64,000 bases of DNA from Escherichia phage AV128. A model generated the notes under the pieces. That model saw only the letters and a list, made by a program, of their open reading frames with translations. It was not told the DNA's origin and did not search any database. The translations under genes and the position numbers were made by a program. Location: the sequence record OR352958.1; one strand, given 5' to 3'. Shown here in pieces: positions 17,332 through 26,367 of the stretch (positions within the stretch are counted from its first letter, which is position 1; every line of letters starts with the position of its first letter).

Positions 17332-17979
17332 TTATCCTGTGGCCTGCATATTGCGTACATACTTCTGCTCTAATGAATAGATGAAGTCGGCGACAGTCAA
17401 TCCCTTCGTGTGCCATTCATACATGGTGAAGCCTGTATTCAGGAAATAGCCGCGCACCTTGTCCATCGCTTCAGCTTCCTCCATTGAAGCCATCAGCGCG
17501 GCGACGTTGTCATAAGAAGGCACAAATCCCTTCTTGCGTAGCGCATTGCGCAAATCTTTAGTTCTGAAGCCAATCTTGCAAGGGTCATCACGACCAGTGG
17601 ATGATGCAACCTTTGGAAGAGCAAGGAACTCTTTAAGGAACATTGCAATGTTCAAGTCGCCTGCGTCATCAAGCTTCTGGATTCGGTTGCGACCGCGCCC
17701 CTTGAATTCACTCGCACGAGGGTGAGCGCCAAAACAGTGCGCCCCTTCCAGTTTAGGGTCGATGATCATTACATCTTTACCAATGCGAAGCTCTACGTAG
17801 TAAAGATAAGACTCATCGACAAGCTTTGTGCGCTTGCAAGTGATTGAGTCCTTATCATAACCAAAGCCGCGCAACACTGTTGAAATCATCCGGTTCATTT
17901 CTTCGCCGTGAACATCACTCTCTTTGTTCAGTTCACCAAGATGTTGAAAGAATTTAGCGATGTTGATTGCTTTATTCAT
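17332..17979 (-). CDS. hypothetical protein (215 aa)
   Basis: ORF immediately downstream of the helicase gene. Confidence 0.45.
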   Translation of the reverse strand: MNKAINIAKFFQHLGELNKESDVHGEEMNRMISTVLRGFGYDKDSITCKRTKLVDESYLYYVELRIGKDVMIIDPKLEGAHCFGAHPRASEFKGRGRNRIQKLDDAGDLNIAMFLKEFLALPKVASSTGRDDPCKIGFRTKDLRNALRKKGFVPSYDNVAALMASMEEAEAMDKVRGYFLNTGFTMYEWHTKGLTVADFIYSLEQKYVRNMQATG

Positions 17980-19649
17980 CAGAATTCATCCTTATCTCTT
18001 CCCAAAGAACGTTTACGCTCAATAACCTTCTTCAAGAATTCAATATCTTCAGGGTCAGACTCATCGCGGATAAGATACGCTAAGATGGTCATCAAATCAG
18101 AAATGTATTCACCTGCTTCATTCTTAATCAGCGGCGTAAAGTAACCACGCTGGTTGCGATAGGTTGCAGGCTCAAATCCAAGCTTCGACATGTGCGGCGC
18201 AAGGGTACGTGAGAAAGGCGACTTGCCACACTTAGCTCTGAATCCCATAGCGATTGCACCACTGGTAATGTGCCAGCGTCCGCTGTGATGTCGGTCATAA
18301 GGCGCGGTGATGACGACTTCAACAAGGTCGTTGTCGACCATCTCATCACGGATAACGCCGCGAGCACGTTCCATTTCGTTCTTGCTGAACTCAGTAAGCA
18401 TGCGAGACGTTTCACCAACAAAAGCGTTGTAACCTGCTTCGCCGTGTTTCTCCATCCACGCAGCACACTCAGCCATCAACTGCCAAACGTCTTCTTTCAA
18501 AGTGGAAAGGTCAGCTTGGAAGTCTTTAGACCAGTTCGGTTGCCCGTCCTTGTCAGCGAGTTGGCCAACAAAGATAGGGTAAACACGACGGTTGCCCGTA
18601 TCGTCACGCTGCATGCCTGCGTATTCGTTTCCGTCCATGATAGCAATCCACTGGCGTGGTTTAACCTGCGTATCTTCAAATTTGAAGTCCAGGTCATCTT
18701 CCGTCTTAGTCAGGAATGCTTTCATGTTTTCGATGTCAGCCTTTTTAAAGCCTGTCATCTCGCCAACGTTCGCGATAATTGAGCGACCAGTAATAGCTCG
18801 CAAGAACGGGTTGAAGTTCTGCGCGGCCAAGTTCAACGGAATCGGTGTTGCGTGGCGGTCGTTCATAATGGCTTCGCAAAGTAGCTTGCTAAAATAACTC
18901 TTCCCTGCGTTCTGGCCGCCGATGAGCGCAATGGAGATTGGCGCTTGACAGCCAGGGTTGGTCAGGCGGTTATAGAGCGATAGCCAAAAATACACACCGA
19001 TTTGTCGGTTTAACTCTGTATCGAACGGTCGGAATAGCTCGATAAGGTATTTCTCAATGCGCGCAGTACCGTCCCATTCAGGCAGCTTCTTGTAGAAGAA
19101 GTCCATCAGGTCGTCACGCTGATAACGCATGGCCCATTCCTTATAGGACTGAGCTACCTGACGTGAGTTTGGGTTGGACAGTCCTGCTGCGTCGACAGCG
19201 GCAACTATCTCTGTGACTTCCAACGTCCGGTCGGTGAATGTTTCGCCGCGATGGTCGACTAAGCGCCCACGAAAAGTATCTTTGTGAGGGAATGGAACAA
19301 CGCCGCTTCCCTTATCAAACAACGCGTCGAAAACCGCATAACGGTTCATGTCACTCGTCCGGTCCGCCTGAAGAACAAAATCATCTTTCGTCGGTTTGTA
19401 GTGAGGGAACTTGATTACCTGAAGTGAGGCGAGCAAACGTGCTCTTTCAACCAAGTCTTCTTCACCGTAGCATTCCATGCGCTCTGCATCTTTCTCAACA
19501 GCCTTGTGCTGGAGGCTGATTTTAGCTCTGGTGCCTTGCTGCTCTGCCGCTTGCATTTCTTCTGAAACACCAGCGTCTTGAATTTCGTCAAAGATTGCAC
19601 CAAATTCATCACCTGTATCCTCTGGAAGATTGTCATGTTCAATTGACAT
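17979..19649 (-). CDS. replicative helicase with Walker A P-loop (possibly D5/P4-type SF3)
   Basis: IALIGGQNAGKSYF Walker A; 556 aa; SF3 family assignment is a guess. Confidence 0.6.
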   Translation of the reverse strand: MSIEHDNLPEDTGDEFGAIFDEIQDAGVSEEMQAAEQQGTRAKISLQHKAVEKDAERMECYGEEDLVERARLLASLQVIKFPHYKPTKDDFVLQADRTSDMNRYAVFDALFDKGSGVVPFPHKDTFRGRLVDHRGETFTDRTLEVTEIVAAVDAAGLSNPNSRQVAQSYKEWAMRYQRDDLMDFFYKKLPEWDGTARIEKYLIELFRPFDTELNRQIGVYFWLSLYNRLTNPGCQAPISIALIGGQNAGKSYFSKLLCEAIMNDRHATPIPLNLAAQNFNPFLRAITGRSIIANVGEMTGFKKADIENMKAFLTKTEDDLDFKFEDTQVKPRQWIAIMDGNEYAGMQRDDTGNRRVYPIFVGQLADKDGQPNWSKDFQADLSTLKEDVWQLMAECAAWMEKHGEAGYNAFVGETSRMLTEFSKNEMERARGVIRDEMVDNDLVEVVITAPYDRHHSGRWHITSGAIAMGFRAKCGKSPFSRTLAPHMSKLGFEPATYRNQRGYFTPLIKNEAGEYISDLMTILAYLIRDESDPEDIEFLKKVIERKRSLGRDKDEF

Positions 19650-19785
19650 TTAATCCTCCTGATACGGCTTTGTTATATTGTTGCATGGATATATCCTTTC
19701 AGGGTGCGGTAAATAAACGCCAGAAATCTGGCGTTGTATATTAATATAGTAAAACTCAATTTAAAGCAATATAACTGGTGAACTA

Positions 19786-20076
19786 TCAGCAAGGAAATTG
19801 GTTGGCGTATGCCTTTCTCAATTTGTTTACTGATTGAACAGCATGAAGGTATTGGCAATCGGTGAAGATGCGGCGCAAATGATCCATAGAAGACAGGTCA
19901 TCGTTAGTAACCACCAGAATCTCTTCCGAAGGACAGCCAGCTTCTTTGACAATCTCATTGAGATTTGCGCCACTAATTTCTTCAACACGTTTCACCTCAT
20001 CGATACCGTAAACATCAACGGCAACTTCGATGTCGTCATCGCTGATATTTTCACCATAAAGAATTACAATATTCAT
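19786..20076 (-). CDS. hypothetical acidic protein
   Basis: Internal ATG at 20076 with GGGGTGAG RBS; hairpin acgccag/ctggcgt at 19714-19731 downstream. Confidence 0.35.
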   Translation of the reverse strand: MNIVILYGENISDDDIEVAVDVYGIDEVKRVEEISGANLNEIVKEAGCPSEEILVVTNDDLSSMDHLRRIFTDCQYLHAVQSVNKLRKAYANQFPC

Positions 20077-20196
20077 CCACTCACCCCTGCCAAATAATAT
20101 GCCATATCCAATACATATAATAGCCCCAGGATGATGACAAGGGAAATGATTAATGTGTATTTTCTTTACGGCTTTCATAAGTATCTATACCTAAAT

Positions 20197-20463
20197 TTAC
20201 TGTTGAGGATCACCAATGGAGTCTGTTGCATCCCATTCAACGCGTGCTGTGCGCTCTGCTGGTGGGCAACCTTCGCCAGCGTAAAGCTCCACAACGCCTT
20301 CATGAGAGCAGCACTGGCACTCTACAAGGTCGCCATCTTCCCAGGCACCTTCCTCCGCGTTGCGATGCTGCCGCACCTTGATAACATCGCTCGCACAGTT
20401 AGGACAAGTCGAGAGATTGCTGGTAACGTTCCAGATGAACTCGTTACGGAAAGCGCCCATGCT
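20197..20463 (-). CDS. small Cys-rich protein (CPNC...CQCC, zinc-ribbon-like)
   Basis: Cys cluster in translation; internal ATG chosen. Confidence 0.35.
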   Translation of the reverse strand, partial: SMGAFRNEFIWNVTSNLSTCPNCASDVIKVRQHRNAEEGAWEDGDLVECQCCSHEGVVELYAGEGCPPAERTARVEWDATDSIGDPQQ

Positions 20464-20752
20464 ACACCTCTTGATCTCTTTGCTGTTGAATCGCGGCTGA
20501 AGCTTCGTCAAAATTGACTGGCTCAACGGTGAACGTTGCACTGACTGTAAGGTCTTTAATAGTCAGCAGCGTGTTGAATCGCTCGGCCTGAAGATTCATA
20601 GCTACATGCGTGGATACGTTAAGGATTGCACCAACAACTTCCTCCACCGCGTAGCCTGCAAACAAAGGAAGAATCTGGTTGACAAGCTTAAGCTCGTTTT
20701 CAACACGAAGCTTTTGCGCTTCTTCAACGGTCATCATTTTTGGTTCGTTCAT
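20462..20752 (-). CDS. hypothetical acidic protein
   Basis: ORF in co-oriented early block. Confidence 0.4.
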   Translation of the reverse strand: MNEPKMMTVEEAQKLRVENELKLVNQILPLFAGYAVEEVVGAILNVSTHVAMNLQAERFNTLLTIKDLTVSATFTVEPVNFDEASAAIQQQRDQEV

Positions 20753-20754
20753 CT

Positions 20755-20901
20755 TTATTCCTTAACAAATTCAGAGTAGTGTTTGGCCGCAGCCGCTTGA
20801 TGGTGAGCCATGACGCCTTGAAGGGTCGGAAGCTCTGCTGGTTTAGGTTCTAACGACTTTAACAGACATTCAACCTCGATGTTCAATTCTTCGCTTTGCA
20901 T
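20755..20901 (-). CDS. small hypothetical protein (48 aa)
   Basis: GAGGTGA RBS; fills gap; below track cutoff. Confidence 0.35.
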   Translation of the reverse strand: MQSEELNIEVECLLKSLEPKPAELPTLQGVMAHHQAAAAKHYSEFVKE

Positions 20902-20959
20902 AAATCACCTCTGCTTCAGTTCATAAAATGATTATAGTTGCTATGAAAATAAAAGCAAA

Positions 20960-22042
20960 CTATTTTATGCCACCTGCACGACGATTTATCATGTCAAGTT
21001 GATTCTCAATATAAGGCATGACGATTGCTTCAACAAAAGCAGTCCAACCTTTCTTGCCTTCCCCTTTACGGTGACAGTCGTGGGCGCAACCGAACACAAA
21101 CTCATGCTCTGCACCAGGGATAGGGCCGCGAAAGTACGCGCCATACGGGTCGCCGTTGGTGTGCTCTTCACCCCAAGGACAGATTATGCGGCACTTGCCT
21201 GACATGTTCTCGATGACGTCGCCATCAGACCCTTCACCCATCTTGTTGCGCGCAAGAATTTGCTGGGCTATCTTATACCAAACAGCATCGTACTTGTATT
21301 CATCGACGTCAATTTGAATCTCACGCTTTTGCGGCATTACAACGTGAAAGCCGAACGCCTGACAGATGTCTTCGATGGTGTAGCGCAAGGAGTAGTCTGC
21401 ATGGACAAGTCGGCAGCGAAACGGGTCGCCGTTCTCATCGACATATTTATAGGGGCCGTCGTGAGTCACACGCTTATTGTTGATGCACCCAGGAACACGG
21501 CCCACGCGCGTTACGTCTTTAATCGTGTTGTCGCCGCCCTTCTTGAGTACCATGTTAACGAAAGACCCAAGGAACGCTTTGAACTGAATAAGATGGTCAA
21601 TCGGTTCTTTAAAGAAGTACCACAGCTGGTGGTTGTTCGGTGATGTCTCGACGATGACAGTCGGCTTCAGTCGCTCGAAAAAGAATTCCAAATCTAAATC
21701 GCCTTTGGACCCTTTACCGTGGCCGATGTCGTCGACCATCATCGCCATACCGTGACCAAAGGCCGACTCTGTACGCCAGTATCGCATCTCACCCGTCTTT
21801 GGGTTGGGAGACTTACGCATTGAACTGATGCACGCATAGCCGTTTTGGTGCTGCATGAGCGGCTTGCCCAACTTCCAAGGCTTAGGCCAGAAGCTGCTGT
21901 TGATCTTCTTGCCGCGCTCGTCGGTCTGTACCGTTGCTTCAGGAGCAAACACCGTCATGACGCGCTCATCTTCTGGGATTCCTCTTTGGAGTTCTGTTAA
22001 AAACTCTTCAATTATTTTTGCTTCTTCTCTTAAACTAGCCAT
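20960..22042 (-). CDS. putative primase-polymerase (archaeo-eukaryotic primase-like) with C-terminal Cys/His cluster
   Basis: hhhDD-like MAMMVDDIG and SxxNxHxxW-like ETSPNNHQLWYFF motifs; GAAGGAAAG RBS. Confidence 0.45.
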   Translation of the reverse strand: MASLREEAKIIEEFLTELQRGIPEDERVMTVFAPEATVQTDERGKKINSSFWPKPWKLGKPLMQHQNGYACISSMRKSPNPKTGEMRYWRTESAFGHGMAMMVDDIGHGKGSKGDLDLEFFFERLKPTVIVETSPNNHQLWYFFKEPIDHLIQFKAFLGSFVNMVLKKGGDNTIKDVTRVGRVPGCINNKRVTHDGPYKYVDENGDPFRCRLVHADYSLRYTIEDICQAFGFHVVMPQKREIQIDVDEYKYDAVWYKIAQQILARNKMGEGSDGDVIENMSGKCRIICPWGEEHTNGDPYGAYFRGPIPGAEHEFVFGCAHDCHRKGEGKKGWTAFVEAIVMPYIENQLDMINRRAGGIK

Positions 22043-22202
22043 CTTTCTTTCCTTCGGTGATCAATACCTGCAGTATAATATTGAGTGATACAAAGTCAAC
22101 AATATTTACCATTTAGTTCACAATTTCGATTTACTTTGCTTTATACTATATCTGCAATTATACTATCAGAAAATATTTCCGCACTAACAAAGGTCGCCTG
22201 AA

Positions 22203-22529
22203 ATGAACGAAAAAGAGACGAAGCAACGCGAACGTGCAACACACGTCGGAATCGTTGAGTCCTTCCTTAATACAAGATTGAATTCAAGCCTAACAATCAT
22301 GCGATTCCTGGGTCAACCAGACAGAATCAAATTTATTTTTGCCGCAAATCCGGTATCGCTGTACATCCCTGTTGAATCCATGGCGTACTTAGTGCGCGAC
22401 GAGAAAGGATGGAAGATACCAAACACAACTGTTTTCTTCAGCCATGTTGATGGTGAGATGTTTGAACGAAAAGAAGATTGCCATTTTATTCCAGTATATC
22501 TGGACCTTGAAAGCGTAGTGGAGTTATAA
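22203..22529 (+). CDS. hypothetical protein
   Basis: First plus-strand ORF after divergent region 22043-22202. Confidence 0.45.
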   Translation: MNEKETKQRERATHVGIVESFLNTRLNSSLTIMRFLGQPDRIKFIFAANPVSLYIPVESMAYLVRDEKGWKIPNTTVFFSHVDGEMFERKEDCHFIPVYLDLESVVEL

Positions 22530-23713
22530 TGAACATTCCAGAATTTAATGATGAGCCAGTGATTCAGTTTAACGCGCAACAAATCGATGCCATCGAGAAG
22601 GCCGTTGCATGGTACAAGCGATTGCAGGACGGTAAAACGACGAAGCGTGTGTTTTTCATTGCTGGCTATGCAGGGACTGGTAAAACCTCTATTGCTCGCG
22701 AGATTGTGCGCCGCTGTGTCGGTGAGTACGGCGCTATCTATATTGCGCCGACCGGAAAGGCTGCAAGCCGATTAAAGCAAAAAGGCTGTCGTGGCGCTAA
22801 GACCCTTCACCAGTTCATCTATAACGTGCGCGGCGTAAATGACGACAATGAGCCAATCTTTTCGAGAAAGTCAAAGCTGGATGAAAGGCCGCACCTTGTT
22901 GTACTCGATGAAGCGTCGATGGTTGGCGAGTGGGACACAGAGCGTCTTCTTGATCACCGCATCCCTGTGCTGGCATTAGGCGACATTGGACAAGTCCCTC
23001 CGGTAAAAGCCGCCGCCTACTTTACTGAAGAAGCTGTTGACGTTCTGTTAACAGAAATCATGCGGCAGGGGAAAGAGTCCAACATCATCCGTGCCTCCTT
23101 CTTCGTGCGCCAAGGCAACCGCCTTCCTCCGCGTGAATACGATGACGTCAAAGTATTGGCAGAATCGCCGCGCGTTACTGCGTTGAAGAAATTCATGGGC
23201 GAAGATGATCAAATTATTTGCTCCTATAATAGCACCAAAGACAAATGGAATTCATTATTACGGCAAGTGAGCGGACGTATAACGCCAATGCCAGGAATCG
23301 GCGAGAAGGTTATTTGCACCTTCAACCAACACGGCCCAGGATTCTGTAATGGCGAGCAAGGGATTGTTATTAGCTATGAGCCAGTGCCGGACTTTGAAAG
23401 GGACGAAGACGAGTCCAATGAAATCATGTATGTCAATTTGCGCTCGCTTACCGATGGCAAAGATATAAAGGTTAAGATTAATCCTCTTTCCTTCTCTACT
23501 GATCAGGAAGTGCGCAAAGAGGCCCAACGCGCTGTTGGAGGCATGGACTATGGCTATGTCATCACGGTGCACAAATCGCAAGGCAGCGAGTGGGACAATG
23601 TGTGCGTGCTGGAAGAAATCCTGCGCGGCGTTCCGTACTCCAAGATGATGTACACCGCTATCACCCGTGCTAAGAAGAATCTGACCGTGTACCGTGATTT
23701 GAAAGCGCGTTAA
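22529..23713 (+). CDS. Dda/RecD-like SF1 DNA helicase
   Basis: Walker A GYAGTGKT, Walker B VLDEASM, C-terminal TVHKSQGSEWD motif. Confidence 0.75.
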   Translation: MNIPEFNDEPVIQFNAQQIDAIEKAVAWYKRLQDGKTTKRVFFIAGYAGTGKTSIAREIVRRCVGEYGAIYIAPTGKAASRLKQKGCRGAKTLHQFIYNVRGVNDDNEPIFSRKSKLDERPHLVVLDEASMVGEWDTERLLDHRIPVLALGDIGQVPPVKAAAYFTEEAVDVLLTEIMRQGKESNIIRASFFVRQGNRLPPREYDDVKVLAESPRVTALKKFMGEDDQIICSYNSTKDKWNSLLRQVSGRITPMPGIGEKVICTFNQHGPGFCNGEQGIVISYEPVPDFERDEDESNEIMYVNLRSLTDGKDIKVKINPLSFSTDQEVRKEAQRAVGGMDYGYVITVHKSQGSEWDNVCVLEEILRGVPYSKMMYTAITRAKKNLTVYRDLKAR

Positions 23714-23872
23714 TGTTGACGTAAATTTACGAAAAATAAAACTGAAAATCAGTTTAATTAAAGTGGCATTGCCGCCATAGTTTTTAGTTGCTACTGGCGG
23801 CGACTGAAGGCATAATTAAGTTATCCCAAACGGGGAATATAAAATAAACTAATTTATTTAAGGACTGTGAAT

Positions 23873-24712
23873 ATGGCCGAAGCAATCAAAGTATTATCTA
23901 AAGAAGAAAAACAAGCAGCCGCAGCAGAACGTCGTCGCGTGGCTGAAGAAAAACGCCTGGCTAAAAAGAAAGAAGCCGAAGAAAAACGCCAGAAGCGTGA
24001 GCAGGAAAAACAAGCCAAGCGTGAAGAAGCCGCGCTGAAGCGCAAACAGGCTGCTGATGAGAAGGCTCAGAAGCGTGCTGAAGAAGCAGCTAAGAAAGCT
24101 AAAGAGCGTGCAGAAAAGGCTGCTGCTAAGAAAGCAGAGCGTGAAGCCGCTAAAGCAGCAAAAGAAATCGAAAAGGCAAAGGCCAAAGAAGAAGCCAAGC
24201 GCCTGAAAGCTGAACAAGCTGCTGCTAAGAAAGCAGAGCGTGATCAAGCCCGTGCTGCAGCAAAGGCCGAAAAAGAGAAGGCTAAAGAAGAAGCGAAAGC
24301 GAAACGCAAGGCAGAGCGTGAAGCTGCTAAGATCGCGGCGAAAGAAGCTGCAGAACAGCAAAAAGAACAGCGTAAGAAAGAAGCTGAAGAACGTCGCAAA
24401 GCCATCGCAGAGCGCAAGGCTGCCAAAAAGGCAAACGGTCAGCGCCGTGCAAAAGCTACTCACTTCATCTACACTGGCAACGGCCTGAGCCAGCCGCAGG
24501 AGCACTCCACCCGTGGGCGCGTTCTGGCGGCGATCAAAGAAGGCGAAGTTGGCGTGGCGCAGTCTATCGATGAGCTGGGCGAGAAAGTTAAAGATCAACT
24601 GTTTGGCGCTTCCGTTCGCTCCTACCTGAGCAAGCTGGAAGAGATGGGCCACATCGAGTTTGTCGATGTTGAATCCAACGACGATGCCGAAGACGGTGAT
24701 CAAGCGGAATAA
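23873..24712 (+). CDS. Lys/Glu/Ala-rich coiled-coil protein with globular C-terminal domain
   Basis: About 200 aa of KEA low-complexity repeats; about 100-bp tandem duplication in DNA; AAGGA RBS; track start 23867 is GTG. Confidence 0.6.
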   Translation: MAEAIKVLSKEEKQAAAAERRRVAEEKRLAKKKEAEEKRQKREQEKQAKREEAALKRKQAADEKAQKRAEEAAKKAKERAEKAAAKKAEREAAKAAKEIEKAKAKEEAKRLKAEQAAAKKAERDQARAAAKAEKEKAKEEAKAKRKAEREAAKIAAKEAAEQQKEQRKKEAEERRKAIAERKAAKKANGQRRAKATHFIYTGNGLSQPQEHSTRGRVLAAIKEGEVGVAQSIDELGEKVKDQLFGASVRSYLSKLEEMGHIEFVDVESNDDAEDGDQAE

Positions 24713-24740
24713 CCTGTAGGACGGTTATATAGCGGTAATT

Positions 24741-24768
24741 GACCCACACTTGTTGTGGGTCTTTTTTC
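24741..24768 (+). terminator. Rho-independent terminator
   Basis: Stem gacccaca/gtgggtc, loop cttgtt, T6 tail. Confidence 0.65.
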
Positions 24769-24793
24769 GTCTGTACTAAATAGAAATGACTTG

Positions 24794-24822
24794 TTGCTGT
24801 AAAATAATTTAGCTATTATACT
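24794..24822 (+). promoter_or_regulatory. sigma70-like promoter (TTGCTG-17-TATACT)
   Basis: Hexamers and spacing read directly upstream of the enzyme cluster. Confidence 0.45.
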
Positions 24823-24846
24823 TCTCATATCACCCACAAAGGACAA

Positions 24847-25842
24847 ATGAACATGAAACAACCTGTAATGATTATCGGCGGCGGTTTGGCAGGACTTATT
24901 ACCGCGTGTCACTTCCCGAACTCTATTGTGTACGAAGCAGGGGAACGAGCGCAACAGCACAAGGCGCTGCTACGCTTTCGCGGCGAAGAAGTAAGCCGTA
25001 TTACCGGAATCCCTTTTAAGGCCGTGACAGTTGACAAGGCTGTGTATTTTCGCGGCAACTACTACCACGACCATTGCCCAATCAACCTTGCCAATATGTA
25101 TTCCATGAAGGTCACCAATCAGTTTGGCAGCCGTTCAATCATGAAGCTTAAAACTGCAACGCGTTATATTGCGCCTGATGACTTTTATGATCAGCTTGTC
25201 GACAAACTGGGTGACCGCATATTCTTTAATACTCCGGTAGATACTCTTTGCGGCTATAGCGAGACGCCAATCATCAACACGTCGCCGCTGCCAGTCATGA
25301 TGAAGCTGGCTGGGATTGATCAAAAGCTTGATTTCTCATTCGATAAAGCAAACATTCGTGTTTACCGCTTTAAGATTAAACGTAAGTGTGATTTGTATCA
25401 GACAATTTACTTCCCTGACTACTCCGTCAGAACTTATCGCGCATCAATTACTGGTGACACGCTTATCATTGAAACAATTCCTTTGGTCAGCGTGAGTGAA
25501 GCTGCAGTTGAAGCCGCTGGCGGCATCACTCGTTACCGTGACATGAAGCTGCGCGCAGAAGTCGACGAAGTGTTGACAGCCTTTGGCCTCTCATGGAGTG
25601 ACATTGCTCTTGAAGAAGTTGAAAAGGTCGACCAGAAATATGGCAAGATTGTCGACATTCCGAAAGACTTGCGACACGCCCTACTCCTGCAGCTGACTAT
25701 GGATTTGAACGTGTTCAGTGTCGGTCGATTTGCTACCTGGCGCAACATTTTGCTTGATGACGTTGCCCATGACCTTGTTGAAGTTGAAAAACTCATCAAA
25801 GCAAATAACTATCAAAAATTTGCTTATATTGCTAATAAATAA
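24847..25842 (+). CDS. FAD/NAD(P)-binding oxidoreductase
   Basis: N-terminal Rossmann dinucleotide motif MIIGGGLAGL; 331 aa; start 24847 or 24853. Confidence 0.6.
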   Translation: MNMKQPVMIIGGGLAGLITACHFPNSIVYEAGERAQQHKALLRFRGEEVSRITGIPFKAVTVDKAVYFRGNYYHDHCPINLANMYSMKVTNQFGSRSIMKLKTATRYIAPDDFYDQLVDKLGDRIFFNTPVDTLCGYSETPIINTSPLPVMMKLAGIDQKLDFSFDKANIRVYRFKIKRKCDLYQTIYFPDYSVRTYRASITGDTLIIETIPLVSVSEAAVEAAGGITRYRDMKLRAEVDEVLTAFGLSWSDIALEEVEKVDQKYGKIVDIPKDLRHALLLQLTMDLNVFSVGRFATWRNILLDDVAHDLVEVEKLIKANNYQKFAYIANK

Positions 25843-25850
25843 TTTGCTTT

Positions 25851-25887
25851 CTGCTTCAATGGGCGTATACTTTAATCATTGAAGCAG
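25851..25887 (+). other. intergenic hairpin (11-bp perfect stem) without U-tail
   Basis: ctgcttcaatg / cattgaagcag with 15-nt loop between the FAD gene and the next gene. Confidence 0.3.
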
Positions 25888-25907
25888 AACTCATAGAGGA
25901 AACGAAA

Positions 25908-26354
25908 ATGAAACGAATCACTGGAATCGCGCTTGCCGCTACTGCTATTCTCGGCACCATGTATATGGAAGCGACTGAAGCTGCCATCCGCACTTCCGAT
26001 TCAGTCGCTGTTTACGATTGCGAAGCGATGGACGGTAAGACCGCAGCAACGACTGGTGCGAAGATTACCACTTACATCGGTGTGAATGAGCAAGAAGGTC
26101 TGAATATTCAGATTCAGGGATTCACAGGGAAAGGTGCCAACCGTACTCCGTGGATGCAACGTTTCACTTTCGTCCAGCCTCGTTCAACTGGCGGCTTTAT
26201 CAATCTGATTGGTGAAAACCGTTCTGGTGCAGAAATCTTTACATCAATGAGTTCTAATAATGAACCAAAGAAAAGTTTTCAGTTGCTTTATAACGCACAA
26301 TTCGTTTATCATTGCACCTTCTCTGGTGATCAGCAACTAGTGAATTACCGTTAA
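25908..26354 (+). CDS. secreted protein (signal peptide, two Cys)
   Basis: N-terminal MKRITGIALAATAILGTMYMEATEA signal-like segment; GAGGAA RBS. Confidence 0.55.
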   Translation: MKRITGIALAATAILGTMYMEATEAAIRTSDSVAVYDCEAMDGKTAATTGAKITTYIGVNEQEGLNIQIQGFTGKGANRTPWMQRFTFVQPRSTGGFINLIGENRSGAEIFTSMSSNNEPKKSFQLLYNAQFVYHCTFSGDQQLVNYR

Positions 26355-26367
26355 TAGGACAATTAAA

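Noticed and set aside
23894-24703. 269-aa minus-strand ORF antisense to the KEA-rich gene
   Set aside because: Low-complexity Phe/Leu/Ser-rich translation with no RBS; shadow ORF of the repetitive plus-strand gene.
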